From Myxococcota bacterium (GTDB taxonomy: Bacteria; Myxococcota_A; UBA796; CAJQPC01), in contig JAZAMN010000032.1 in the NCBI GenBank assembly GCA_036229005.1, positions 1-64,000 of the forward strand: a DNA stretch of 64,000 nucleotides, written 5' to 3'. The notes below the pieces were generated by a model that was not told the DNA's origin, made no database searches, and saw only the letters and a list, made by a program, of their open reading frames with translations. The translations under genes were made by a program, and so were the position numbers. Shown one piece after another: positions 39,471 through 49,193 of this stretch (position 1 is its first letter; the number at the start of each line of letters is the position of its first letter).

Positions 39471-39513
39471 CACACCTCCGCCCAAAGGGTACCCTTGCCG
39501 CCGCGAGGACCCC

Positions 39514-42246
39514 ATGAGCGACTTCTCCACCGCCCTGCAGGAGGGCAGAGACCTCATCGCCGCGGCCCGCCGGGGGGAGCTCCCCGGTGTGCACGCGCGG
39601 AGTGAGGAGATCCAGGAGCTGTCCCGGCAGCTCGACACCGGCGCCAGCGTGCTGCTGCTGGGCGAGGACGGCGTGGGCAAGACCGCCCTGATCCACGGCC
39701 TGGCGCACCACTGGCGCGACGGCGACGCCAGCCTGATCGAGCTGAGCACCAGCGCGGTCATGGCCGGCACCAAGTACCTGGGCGAGTGGCAGTCCAAGGT
39801 CAAGGCCCTGGTCGAGCAGGCCCAGGCCGCCAGCGCCGTGCTCTACATCCCCGACATCTGGAACCTCCCGAACGTCGGTCGCACCGACAAGAACGACAAC
39901 AACCTGCTGGACGCCCTGCGGCCCTACCTCCAGTCGGGGCGCCTGCAGCTCCTGGCCGAGGTCAGCCCCGGCCTGCTCCGCCAGATGGAGCGCACCCCCG
40001 GCTTCGTCCCCCTCTTCCGCAAGCAGCGCGTACACCCCATGGCCCCCGCCGCCGTGCGCGCCTGCGTCCAGCGCGAGTGCCAGGAGGCCGCCGTCGCCCT
40101 GGATGACGAAGGCCTGGACACCCTGCTCAGCCTGTCCTCGCGCTTCTCCAACCGTGCCCAGCCGGGTCCCGCGCTGGCCAGCTTGGGGGCGTTGATCCGA
40201 CAAGTGGAGGCCGACCCCAGCCTCCCCTCCCCCCTGGGCCCACCCCAGGTCGAGCGCAGCTTCTCCGAGCTCTCCGGCCTGCCCATGTTCGTGGTCAGCC
40301 GCAGCGAGACCCGCTCCGCCCGCGACATCCGCGCCTTCTTCTCCGAGCGCATCGTCGGCCAGCAGGAGGCCATCGAGGCCGTCATCGAGTGTATCGCCCT
40401 GTTCAAGGCCGGCCTGCAGGACCCCGACAAGCCCATCGGCACCTTCTTGTTCGTGGGCCCCACCGGCGTCGGCAAGACCGAGCTGGCCCGCACCCTGGCG
40501 CGCTTCCTGTTCGGCAGCGAGAGCCGCCTGCTGCGCTTCGATCTCTCCGAGTTCAAGGACTACCACTCCTTCGAGATGCTGGTCGGCAGCGCCCGCGACC
40601 CCAGCCGCCCCGCCGCCCTGGTCGATCCCATCCGCGCCCAGCCCTTCCAGGTCGTGCTCTTTGACGAGCTCGAGAAGGCCCACCCCAACGTCTGGGACCT
40701 CCTGCTCGGCCTGCTGGATGAAGGCCGCATCACGCCCCCCGGTGGCCGCACCGTCGACTGCCGGAACACCATCGTCATCGCGACCTCCAACGTGGGCGCC
40801 CAGGACAGCCAGCGCACCAGCGTCGGCTTCGACGGCAAGAGCGAGCGCACCGCCCGCCGGGACATCGAGCGCGCTCTGGAGCAGCACTTCCGCCCCGAGT
40901 TCCTCAATCGTTTCCAGCACCTGGCCATCTTCCACGCCCTCACCCCCGAGCAGGTCCTCCAGGTCGCCCGCTGGGAGCTGCGCCGCGTCGTGGACCGCGA
41001 AGGCATCGCCGCCCGCAACCTGGTCGTCGAGGTCGAAGACGAGGCCCTCCAGGTCATCGTCGACAAGGGCTTCGACCCCCGCTACGGCGCCCGCGGCCTC
41101 AAGCGCGAGATCCAGCGCCGCCTGGTGCTCCCCCTGGCCATGACCCTGATGGAGACCCAGGTCAGCCCCGGCAGCATCCTGCGCGTCCAGGCCCGCAACG
41201 ACCGCCTGCAGGTGCGCGTCATCGAGACCCGCGAGGCCCGGCTCCAGCGCCGCCGTAGGGAGCCTCCCCGTCTTCCGGAGGGAGGGCGCCTGGATCTTCC
41301 GGAGCTCCGCAGCAGAACACAAGCCCTCAGTCCGCGCATCACCGCTCTGTCATCGGGTGTCGGCGAGGACACGCTGCTCGACTCCCAAGCGGAGCTGGAG
41401 CACGCCCGCGCGCAGCCTGGGTTCTGGAACGACCCGGAGCAGGCCGCCCGCGTGATGCGCGATCTGGACCAGATCAACCTCAGCCTGGACCGCATCGAGC
41501 GCCTGCGCCTGAGCATCGAGGAGCTTCAGGCCGACGCCGCCCAGGCCAGCGCTACGGCGCTCTCCCGCATGGCCGAGCGGCTGCTGCGCCTGGAGGACCG
41601 TCTGCTGCTGGCCGAGCGCCAGATGCTGCGCATGGGCCCCAGCGGCACCTGGGACGCCCTGGTCCACATCGAGCCGCAGGGCAAGGAGGGCTGGCGCGTC
41701 CGAGACCTGCTGGTCAAGCTCTACGAGGGCTGGGCGGCGGACCGCCACTCCCTGTCCAGCCGCCTGCTGCTGGAGCCCCGCACGAAACGGCAGCCCGCTC
41801 TGCTCGCCGTCGAGGGCACCTGGGCGCACGGCTGGCTGGCCCACGAGTCCGGCCTGCACCGCCTCCGCCTGGAGAAGGAGTCGGTCATGGCGCGCGTGCG
41901 CGTGGTCCCCTGGACCGACGCGGTGGCCGAGCCCGAGTTCCTGCGACACAAGGCCCTGTCCAAGGAGACCGGCGCCTACGGCGGCACCCTGCGCTCGCGG
42001 GTGGAGCTCAAGGGCGGGCTGGTGCTCCAGAGCGGCGGGACCCTGGCCGACAACCGCGCCCTGGCCGCGGAGCTCTACGGCTCCTGGCTCCAGGCCCCCG
42101 AGCCCCTGGACGAGGTCGTGCGCCGCTACCGCCTGGAGCCCATGCAGCTCAAGGACCACGCCACCGGTGTGGACACCCAGCGCAAGGACGCTCTGGGCGC
42201 CCGCTTCTTCCACACCCTGCTGGAGCAGCGGGTGGACCTGCTCTGA
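39514..42246 (+). CDS. Clp/Hsp100-type double AAA+ ATPase fused to a C-terminal RF2-like (PCRF) domain
   Basis: Clp part: GEDGVGKT, AGTKYLGEW, GPTGVGKT, VVLFDELEKAH, FRPEFLNR, YGARGLKR. Tail: PGFWNDPEQA, LYEGWA, AHGWLAHESGLHRL, VRRY...KDHATG. Confidence 0.88.
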   Translation: MSDFSTALQEGRDLIAAARRGELPGVHARSEEIQELSRQLDTGASVLLLGEDGVGKTALIHGLAHHWRDGDASLIELSTSAVMAGTKYLGEWQSKVKALVEQAQAASAVLYIPDIWNLPNVGRTDKNDNNLLDALRPYLQSGRLQLLAEVSPGLLRQMERTPGFVPLFRKQRVHPMAPAAVRACVQRECQEAAVALDDEGLDTLLSLSSRFSNRAQPGPALASLGALIRQVEADPSLPSPLGPPQVERSFSELSGLPMFVVSRSETRSARDIRAFFSERIVGQQEAIEAVIECIALFKAGLQDPDKPIGTFLFVGPTGVGKTELARTLARFLFGSESRLLRFDLSEFKDYHSFEMLVGSARDPSRPAALVDPIRAQPFQVVLFDELEKAHPNVWDLLLGLLDEGRITPPGGRTVDCRNTIVIATSNVGAQDSQRTSVGFDGKSERTARRDIERALEQHFRPEFLNRFQHLAIFHALTPEQVLQVARWELRRVVDREGIAARNLVVEVEDEALQVIVDKGFDPRYGARGLKREIQRRLVLPLAMTLMETQVSPGSILRVQARNDRLQVRVIETREARLQRRRREPPRLPEGGRLDLPELRSRTQALSPRITALSSGVGEDTLLDSQAELEHARAQPGFWNDPEQAARVMRDLDQINLSLDRIERLRLSIEELQADAAQASATALSRMAERLLRLEDRLLLAERQMLRMGPSGTWDALVHIEPQGKEGWRVRDLLVKLYEGWAADRHSLSSRLLLEPRTKRQPALLAVEGTWAHGWLAHESGLHRLRLEKESVMARVRVVPWTDAVAEPEFLRHKALSKETGAYGGTLRSRVELKGGLVLQSGGTLADNRALAAELYGSWLQAPEPLDEVVRRYRLEPMQLKDHATGVDTQRKDALGARFFHTLLEQRVDLL

Positions 42247-42255
42247 GGCCCGCCC

Positions 42256-43131
42256 CTACGCGGCGCGGACCTTCTCGCGGGCCTGCTCCAGCACCTCACG
42301 GCAGGCCTCGGCCTGGGCCTTGAGGGCGTCCCCGATGCGCTGGGTGACCAGCTCGACCACCCGGCGGGCGGGCTCGGAGTCCTCGTCATCGGCGTGGATG
42401 CTGCGCAGGTCGGAGATGTCGATCTCCGCGCCGAAGGCGATCCCGATGGGGTGCTCGTCAGGCTCCAGCCAGTTCCAGAGGAACTCCTGCCACAGGTCGT
42501 TGGTCAGCCCGGTCAGGAACACGGGCACGAGCTGGGAGTCGGGCGCGTCCAGCGCGACCTGGGAGGCCCCGGGCTTGAGGCGGTGGAGCGCGAAGGGATC
42601 CGCGTCCGGGTAGCGCCGCCCCTCTGGGTGGATGCCCACCACCGCGCCGGTCTCCTGGAGCTCATAGGCCAGGCGGTGCAGCGCGTAGCGGTTCCAGATG
42701 GCGCCGTCCCGGCTGCGCTTGATGGGCGGGAACATGGCCATGCCGGACATGAAGGTGTTCACGCCCCAGCCCACCGGGCTGTCGTAGAAGAAGGTGCTGC
42801 GCACGGGGAACACCACATCACGCGGCAGGTCGGTCCAGTTGAACCAGGCGCAGGCCACGGTGAAGTAGTCAAAGAAGCTGCGGTGGTTGGCCACCAGCAG
42901 GATCCCCCGGCTGGGGTCCAGCTTCTCCAGGTGCTCCAGGCCGGTCACGTGGATGCGTCGCTTGCAGGTCAGCCAGGTCACCCCCACCAGCACGGTGGAG
43001 TTCCACGCGACCGCCGCCCAGCGGGCGTGACGGTGCACGCGGTCGGCGATCTGGAACCCCCAGCGCTCGGCGGGCGCGAGGCGGGCCAGTTGGCCGGCGC
43101 TCGGCTCCGGTGTCTTCTCGGTTGCGCTCAT
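42256..43131 (-). CDS. Lysophospholipid acyltransferase (PlsC family)
   Basis: VANHRSFFD (HX4D) and HPEGRR motifs. Confidence 0.88.
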   Translation of the reverse strand: MSATEKTPEPSAGQLARLAPAERWGFQIADRVHRHARWAAVAWNSTVLVGVTWLTCKRRIHVTGLEHLEKLDPSRGILLVANHRSFFDYFTVACAWFNWTDLPRDVVFPVRSTFFYDSPVGWGVNTFMSGMAMFPPIKRSRDGAIWNRYALHRLAYELQETGAVVGIHPEGRRYPDADPFALHRLKPGASQVALDAPDSQLVPVFLTGLTNDLWQEFLWNWLEPDEHPIGIAFGAEIDISDLRSIHADDEDSEPARRVVELVTQRIGDALKAQAEACREVLEQAREKVRAA

Positions 43132-43225
43132 TGGGCCACGATACTCCAGAAGGCGGCCCCTTGCAGCCCCGAGTTTGGGGAGGCGCTGCTGGGGCCGGCG
43201 CGCGACGACCCCGTGACCGCGCGGG

Positions 43226-43570
43226 TCAGAGGCCCAGCTTGCGCCCCGCCCCGATCGGCCCGAGATCCAGCACCTTGTAGCCCTTGGCGGTCCACTGCCG
43301 CGCCACGTTGGAGCTGCGGGCGCCGGAGCGGCAGAACACGATCACCGGCTTGTCCTTGGACAGGCCCTGGGGCGGGTTGCCCATGGGGATGTTCTTGGCG
43401 CCCTTGAGCGTGCCGGACTGGAACTCCGCGGGGCTGCGCACGTCCACCAGCGTGGCGCCCGCGTCCAGCGCCGCCTTGAGCTCCTCTGGGGAGGCGCCGC
43501 CTCCGATCAGTCGCCGCAGGGCGAACCAGCCCAACGTTCCCACAATCAAACCAATGATCAGCCACTCCAA
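43226..43570 (-). CDS. Rhodanese-domain protein with an N-terminal TM
   Basis: LVDVRSPAEF..G...GAKNIP and active-site loop FCRSGARS; probable TTG start after GGAGG. Confidence 0.85.
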   Translation of the reverse strand: MEWLIIGLIVGTLGWFALRRLIGGGASPEELKAALDAGATLVDVRSPAEFQSGTLKGAKNIPMGNPPQGLSKDKPVIVFCRSGARSSNVARQWTAKGYKVLDLGPIGAGRKLGL

Positions 43571-43642
43571 GGGGCACCTCCAAAAGGGTGCCAAGCCTTA
43601 GGCACCCCAGGCGGGCCTGCAAGGGAGCGACCCTGCGCTGGG

Positions 43643-44311
43643 TCAGATTGCCGCGGGAGCGACGCCCAGATCCATGACCACCTGCTCGGTGATGAAGGTC
43701 TTCATGCGGCCCTTGGGGTCCTGGGGATCGGGCTTGCGCTCGGAGATGTCGAGCACCATCAGGCTGCGCTCCAGGTCACCGGCGGCCACCGGGAACACGG
43801 TCACCCCCTGGATGGTCTGGCTGGGGCCGTAGTCCTCTGCGAACACGCTGGTCATGCCCACGGTCTCCCCGTAGAGCCGCGTGTTGAAGTACAGCCCGTC
43901 GGTCTGGTTGCCGCCGCCGTCGATCATGTAGAGCCCAAAGGGCGCCTTGGCCTTGACCGGCGAGGTGTTGCTCACCGTCCAGGTCACGGCCAGCGTGCTG
44001 CCGTCATTTCGCTTGATCGTGCTGCGCTCCACCCCGTTCTTGACCTGCGGCAGGGTGCTCACCCCCGTCCAGGGCTCCGAGCTGTCCACCCGCACCTCGA
44101 ACTCCCCGATCGCCTGGGTCTGGCCCACCGCAACTGGAGTGCAGGGGCCTCCGTGTTTCTCCTCCAGGTGCGCGCAGAGCGCCTGGGCCTCCGCGCTGGC
44201 GCTGGGACCGACCAGGCCGCCCGCGACCTCGGTGACCTCGCCGCCACCACAGGCCAGAGAGAGGGTGATGAAGACGGATGTGGAGATGATGGGCAGACGA
44301 TGATTGCGCAC
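43643..44311 (-). CDS. Hypothetical lipoprotein, possibly a DUF4352-like Ig fold
   Basis: Canonical signal MRNHR...LSLAC; beta-rich body. Confidence 0.7.
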   Translation of the reverse strand: MRNHRLPIISTSVFITLSLACGGGEVTEVAGGLVGPSASAEAQALCAHLEEKHGGPCTPVAVGQTQAIGEFEVRVDSSEPWTGVSTLPQVKNGVERSTIKRNDGSTLAVTWTVSNTSPVKAKAPFGLYMIDGGGNQTDGLYFNTRLYGETVGMTSVFAEDYGPSQTIQGVTVFPVAAGDLERSLMVLDISERKPDPQDPKGRMKTFITEQVVMDLGVAPAAI

Positions 44312-44363
44312 TGGGATTCCCCCCTTTTTCAGTGTCCAATCCCAGTCTACCGCAGGCGCGATC

Positions 44364-45314
44364 TCAGCCCAGGATCGCCTCGATCCGCGCCATCACCTCG
44401 TCGCTGAGCTGCTCGATGACGGGCAGGGCCGCCAGGTTCTCGTGCACCTGCTCCACGCGGCTCGCGCCGGTGATCACGGTGGACACGTGGGGGTGCTTGG
44501 CGCACCAGGCCAGGGCGAGCTGAGCGCGCGTGCAGCCCAGTTCCTGCGCCACCGCCGCGAGCGCCTTGACCTTCTCGATGCGGCCGGGGGCCAGCACCAG
44601 CTCCTGCAGCCACTCCTCGTTCGCCAGGCGGGAGCCCTCGGGGATGCCGTCGTCGTACTTGCCCGTCAGCAGGCCGCTGGCCAGGGGGCTCCAGATGGTC
44701 GTTCCCAGGCCGTGATCGCGCACGTGGGCGGCCAGCTCGGTCTCCACGCGCTCCCGGTGGAACATGTTGTACTGGGGCTGCTCCATCGTGGGCGGCTCCA
44801 GGTTGTAGCGCTCGGCCACCGCGTAGGCCTCGGCGAGCTGCTCGGCGTTCCACTCGCTGGTGCCCCAGTAGAGCACCTTGCCCTGCTGGATCAGCGTGTC
44901 CATGGTCCGCACCGTCTCCAGCACCGGGGTGTCGGGGTCCGGCCGGTGGCAGAAGTACAGGTCCAGGTAGTCCACCTGCAGCCGCCGCAGCGCCGCGTGG
45001 CAGGCCTCGGTCACGTGCTTGCGGTTCAGGCCCACGTCGTTGGGGCCGTCGCCGCCCCAGAACACCTTGGAGGAGATCACCAGGTCCGTGCGCGGCAGCT
45101 CCGCGAGCACCTTGCCCACGACCTCCTCGGCCTGGCCCGCCGCGTAGGCCTCGGCGTTGTCGAAGAAGTTGACCCCGCCCTCATACGCCGCCAGCAGGCA
45201 GTCCCGGGCGGCGCTGATGTCCTGGTGGTTCCCGTAGGTGACCCAGCTCCCGATGGAGAAGGTGGAGACCTTGAGGCCGGACTGGCCCAGGCGGCGGTAG
45301 CTCATCTCAGACAT
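44364..45314 (-). CDS. Aldo/keto reductase (Kv-beta-like)
   Basis: [35 protein letters not shown] and WSPLASG motifs. Confidence 0.93.
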   Translation of the reverse strand: MSEMSYRRLGQSGLKVSTFSIGSWVTYGNHQDISAARDCLLAAYEGGVNFFDNAEAYAAGQAEEVVGKVLAELPRTDLVISSKVFWGGDGPNDVGLNRKHVTEACHAALRRLQVDYLDLYFCHRPDPDTPVLETVRTMDTLIQQGKVLYWGTSEWNAEQLAEAYAVAERYNLEPPTMEQPQYNMFHRERVETELAAHVRDHGLGTTIWSPLASGLLTGKYDDGIPEGSRLANEEWLQELVLAPGRIEKVKALAAVAQELGCTRAQLALAWCAKHPHVSTVITGASRVEQVHENLAALPVIEQLSDEVMARIEAILG

Positions 45315-45359
45315 GGGGGGGTGCTCCTGACTCGTTGGGACTGGTGTATGCCAGCGAGG

Positions 45360-46346
45360 TCACCGGGTCGCTGATCCATCCGGGGATCCGCCCGCAGACC
45401 ACCGCGCCATCGCGATCTCGCCCACGATCCCGCTGGCGCACTGGGTGCCCTGGAACGCGGCCTGGGCCAGCCCGGCGAAGCCCATGCGCACGTCCCCCGC
45501 CAGGTAGATCCCTGGTCGGCTGCTCTGGCCCATCGGCTGGGAGACCGCGACGGGCCAGCCGGCCATGGGGTGGGGCTCGGTCTCCAGGCCGAGCTGGGCC
45601 AGCAGGGGGTTGGGCTGGGCATAGGCGCCCCCCACAAAGCCGGCGTCGCGCGGGATGCGCCGACCGCCCTCCAGCACCACGGCGCGGAGCTGACCGTCCT
45701 GGTGCTCCAGGGCCTGGATGGGCGCGAGCTCCACCGGGATGTCCCGGGCGGCCAGGGCCTCCCGCAGCTCGGGGGCCACGGGCTGCCCGTTCGCGAACCA
45801 GGTGAGCTGGGGGGACGACAGGGTGCGGATCATGGCCAGGTAGTGCTCCAGCAGGGCCGGCTCGCTGCCCAGGGTGAACACCGCCAGGGCGTCTGTGCGG
45901 TGCTCGAAGCCATCGCAGAAGGGGCAGGGGAACACCGAGCGGCCGTAGACCGCCTCCAGGTCGGGGATGCCCACCCGGGACAGGTCGTCCTGCATGCCGA
46001 CCGCCAGGATCACGCGCCGGGCGGTGTGCTGCTCGCCCTGGGCGTCCTGGGCGGTGAAGGTCCGGGCGGCGTCGGTCTGCGTGCTGGTGTCCTCGTCGAT
46101 GCGCAGGACCTTGCGGTTGAGGTAGCGGACGGAGGGGTAGCGGTGGAGCTGGGTCTTCGCGGCGTCCAGGAGCTCCCCCGGAGAAGCCCCATCGCGCGTG
46201 TAGAGGTTGTGGGAGGCCTTGACCATGCGGTTCCGGGGGCGCTCGGCGCTGAGCACCAGGGTGTCCAGGCTGGCGCGGCCCAGGGTGAGGGCGGCGGACA
46301 TGGCGGCGGGGCCGCTACCGACGATCAGGACGTCCTGGATGGGCAT
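45360..46346 (-). CDS. NAD(P)/FAD-dependent oxidoreductase, thioredoxin-reductase-like
   Basis: IVGSGPA, CPFCDG and PGIYLAGD motifs. Confidence 0.88.
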   Translation of the reverse strand: MPIQDVLIVGSGPAAMSAALTLGRASLDTLVLSAERPRNRMVKASHNLYTRDGASPGELLDAAKTQLHRYPSVRYLNRKVLRIDEDTSTQTDAARTFTAQDAQGEQHTARRVILAVGMQDDLSRVGIPDLEAVYGRSVFPCPFCDGFEHRTDALAVFTLGSEPALLEHYLAMIRTLSSPQLTWFANGQPVAPELREALAARDIPVELAPIQALEHQDGQLRAVVLEGGRRIPRDAGFVGGAYAQPNPLLAQLGLETEPHPMAGWPVAVSQPMGQSSRPGIYLAGDVRMGFAGLAQAAFQGTQCASGIVGEIAMARWSAGGSPDGSATR

Positions 46347-46364
46347 GGAGGGCTCCTCTTTTGA

Positions 46365-46407
46365 GCAACTTTTGTTGTTACGCTTATCGCGTAGCTTTTG
46401 TAGTTAC
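46365..46407. promoter_or_regulatory. Two imperfect GTAAC-N7-GTTAC operators, probable Rrf2 sites
   Basis: GCAACTTTTGTTGTTAC (46365-46381) and GTAGCTTTTGTAGTTAC (46391-46407) lie between the divergent oxidoreductase and Rrf2 genes. Confidence 0.7.
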
Positions 46408-46473
46408 ATGATTGGGCGCGGTCAAGCCCCCCGCCGCTCAAGGCGGATAGAGGCCCCGCAGCCCCGGACGGAA

Positions 46474-46938
46474 ATGCGCAAGGACACCCGCCTCTCCCGC
46501 AGCCTGCACGTGCTGATCCACATGGCGGATCAGCAGCCCATGACCTCCGCCCAGATCGCGCGGATCCTGCAGACCAACTCGGTGGTGGTGCGGCGCACCA
46601 TGGCGGGGCTGCGCGAGGCGGGGCTGGTGGAGTCCAAGGGTGGACGCGGCGGGGGCTGGAGCCTGCTGCGCGGCCTGGAGGCGATCACCCTGCTGGAGGT
46701 ACACAACGCGGTCTCGGGGGACGCGCTCTTCTGCATCGGCTGGGGGTCGGAGCACAGCGGCTGCCTGGTGGAGGCCGCGGTCAACCAGCACATCGGGGAG
46801 GCGCTTGAGGCGGCGGAGGCGCTGCTGCTGGAGCGCCTGGGCGCGGTCACCCTGGCGCAGATCCGGGCGGACATGGACTCCGAGCAGTGGGCGGGCTTCC
46901 GGGCGGCCCTCAGCGGACCTGAAGCTCCGCGAACTTGA
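46474..46938 (+). CDS. Rrf2-family transcriptional regulator
   Basis: LHVLIHM..MTS..IA....TN.VVVRR....LREAGLV.S..G.GGGW.L.....ITLLEV and GCLVE. Confidence 0.92.
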   Translation: MRKDTRLSRSLHVLIHMADQQPMTSAQIARILQTNSVVVRRTMAGLREAGLVESKGGRGGGWSLLRGLEAITLLEVHNAVSGDALFCIGWGSEHSGCLVEAAVNQHIGEALEAAEALLLERLGAVTLAQIRADMDSEQWAGFRAALSGPEAPRT

Positions 46939-47536
46939 GCCAGGTGTGGCCGTCGGTGGAGATGCGCTCGGTGGCCAGGTAGAGCGGCCCGACGCGCTTG
47001 TAGCCGGTCCAGGAGAAGCGCCCGGACTCGCCGCTGCTCAGGCGGAACTCCAGGTCCTGGACGCTGCCGTCCGCGTTGAGCTGGTACCAGTAGTGGTCGC
47101 CCCAGCGGATCAGGGCCTCTTCCCCAAACTCCAGGTGCAACCTTCCGTCCTCACTGACGGTGCTCACGGCGGCGGGGTGCTGCGCCTCGCAGGCGGCGAG
47201 CAGGCGGAAGGTGTCGTGGGCCCAGTGCTGGTAGGCCTGGATGGCCAGCTCCGGGGAGGCCTCGGACGCGATGTAGGGGCTGAGCTGGGTGAGCTCGACG
47301 CGGTGCTCGCCCCAGGTGACCGTGGCGGTGTTCTTGCGGGGGGACCACTCCACGCTGCGGCTGTCCGTGAGCACGCCGTCGACCCGCGTCTCCAGGGTGA
47401 AGGCCAGGTAGGCCAGGTTCTCCGGATCGCCGCAGTGGGTGGTGGCTTTGGCCGCCAGGACCCCAGGCGTCGGGGGTGACGGAGCCTCGGGGACCCCCTC
47501 GGGGGCCGTCAGCAGCAGCAGGGGGAACAGTGACAC
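46910..47536 (-). CDS. Hypothetical exported protein
   Basis: Short hydrophobic N-terminus (MSLFPLLLLTA) and a beta-rich body; overlaps the 3' end of the Rrf2 gene by 29 bp. Confidence 0.62.
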   Translation of the reverse strand: MSLFPLLLLTAPEGVPEAPSPPTPGVLAAKATTHCGDPENLAYLAFTLETRVDGVLTDSRSVEWSPRKNTATVTWGEHRVELTQLSPYIASEASPELAIQAYQHWAHDTFRLLAACEAQHPAAVSTVSEDGRLHLEFGEEALIRWGDHYWYQLNADGSVQDLEFRLSSGESGRFSWTGYKRVGPLYLATERISTDGHTWLKFAELQVR

Positions 47537-47607
47537 AGCCCATAAGGTAGCGCGCCCGCCACACTCTGGGGGCGCCAAGTGGGCGATGCAGGCGCTAAGA
47601 TGGCGGC

Positions 47608-48870
47608 GTGAACCTCTCCCGACGACACCTCCTGGGGCTCGGGGCGGCGGGCCTGCTCCTGCCGCGGCCCGTGCTCTCTGCGCCCAACGCCGCAGGACGC
47701 CGCTTCCTGTTCATCCACTGCGACGGCGGCTGGGACCCGGCCTTTGTGTTCGTGCCCGAGCTGCTGGGCAAGATCGACCACGAAGGAGACGTGACGGCGT
47801 CGGAGATCGCGGGCGTGCCCTTCATCGACAGCCCCACGCGGGCACCCGTGCGCCAGTTTCTGGAGAAGTACGGCGCCCAGACCGCCGTGCTCAACGGGAT
47901 GGAGGTGCGCTCCATCACCCACGAGCGCTGCCGCCGCATCATCCTGACCGGCAGCGGCGAGGGCTCCACCGACGACTGGCCCTCGATCCTGGCGGCCCAT
48001 TCGTCCGCCGGCCTGCTGCTGCCCCACCTGGTCATGGACGGGCACGCCTTCAACTCCCTGCACGCCGATCAGGTGGTGCGGGTGGGCGACGAAGGCCAGC
48101 TCCCCGCCCTGCTCAGCGGCGACGCCCTGAACTACCGCGCCGAGGGTGTGGTCCGCCCCCCCGCCGAGTCCATCGAGGACGCCTTCCTGCGGGAGCACGT
48201 CAGCGCCCTGGCCCAGAGCGCGAACACCCAGGCGGAGGCCAACTTCTACCAGCGCTACGCCACGGTGCTGGAGGCCAACCACCAGCTCCAGTCGGCCGGC
48301 GCGGACCTGAACCTGGACCCCGACAAGCTGGGCTGCGAGCGCGACCTGCTCGAGGACGCGGCCACCATCTTCGACTGCTTCGAGCGCGACCTCTCCCGCT
48401 GCGGGATGATGGCCTACAACGGCTGGTGCGCCGAGGGCTGGGACACCCACCAGAACCTGCCCAAGCAGGGCCTGAACTTCCACGACCTCTTCGTGTATCT
48501 GACCGGCATCCTGGACGACCTCCAGGAGCGCAAGGCCCCGGACGGCAGCCCCCTGGCCGACTCCACGACCGTCGTGGTGTTCTCCGAGATGGGCCGCGCG
48601 CCCCTGCTGAACACCTGGGGCGGCAAGGACCACTGGACCTTCACCTCGTGCATGCTCATCGGCTCCGGGATCCGCGGGGGCCAGGCGGTCGGAGCGTTGG
48701 ACGACCAGGCCCGAGGCGCCGCGATCGACCTCAGCTCCGGGGCCGCCTTCGAGAGCGGGACCCGCCTGACCGCCTCCAACCTGGGCGCCACCCTGCTGGC
48801 CCTGGGGGACGTGGACCCCGGCGACTACACCGACTCCGCTCCCCTGACGGCCGTGATGGAGGGCGCGTGA
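47608..48870 (+). CDS. DUF1501-family protein with a Tat signal
   Basis: SRRHLL twin-arginine motif, GGWD, GWDTH, VVFSEMGR.P, GGKDHW and G.GIRGG. Confidence 0.88.
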   Translation: MNLSRRHLLGLGAAGLLLPRPVLSAPNAAGRRFLFIHCDGGWDPAFVFVPELLGKIDHEGDVTASEIAGVPFIDSPTRAPVRQFLEKYGAQTAVLNGMEVRSITHERCRRIILTGSGEGSTDDWPSILAAHSSAGLLLPHLVMDGHAFNSLHADQVVRVGDEGQLPALLSGDALNYRAEGVVRPPAESIEDAFLREHVSALAQSANTQAEANFYQRYATVLEANHQLQSAGADLNLDPDKLGCERDLLEDAATIFDCFERDLSRCGMMAYNGWCAEGWDTHQNLPKQGLNFHDLFVYLTGILDDLQERKAPDGSPLADSTTVVVFSEMGRAPLLNTWGGKDHWTFTSCMLIGSGIRGGQAVGALDDQARGAAIDLSSGAAFESGTRLTASNLGATLLALGDVDPGDYTDSAPLTAVMEGA

Positions 48871-49193
48871 TGCTGGCCCTGCTGCTGGCCTGTGGGCACC
48901 CCGCGGACACGGCCGACACCGCCTCAAGCTGCGGCGATGACACCGTGAGCTGGCAGAGCTTCGGCCACGGCTTCTTCCTGACCTACTGCAACGCCTGCCA
49001 CTCCCAAGACAGCGAGACCCGCCACGGGGCCCCTCCCGGCGTGGACTTCGACACCCTGGAGCAGGCCAAGAGCCAGAGCGAGCGGATCCGCGTGCGCGTG
49101 CTGGACCAGCAGGACATGCCCCTGGGGGGCGGGGTGTCGGAAGCGGATCTGCTGCTGCTCGACGCCTGGTTGTGCACCATGGAGGCCCAGTGA
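48870..49193 (+). CDS. Small monoheme c-type cytochrome lipoprotein
   Basis: MLALLLAC; CNACH; distal MP (DMPLGG). Confidence 0.8.
   Translation: MLALLLACGHPADTADTASSCGDDTVSWQSFGHGFFLTYCNACHSQDSETRHGAPPGVDFDTLEQAKSQSERIRVRVLDQQDMPLGGGVSEADLLLLDAWLCTMEAQ

Noticed and set aside
41300..42246. A separate or frameshifted prfB gene or pseudogene
   Set aside because: The region is in frame with the ATPase, with no stop or slippery site, and the GGQ and SPF motifs are absent.
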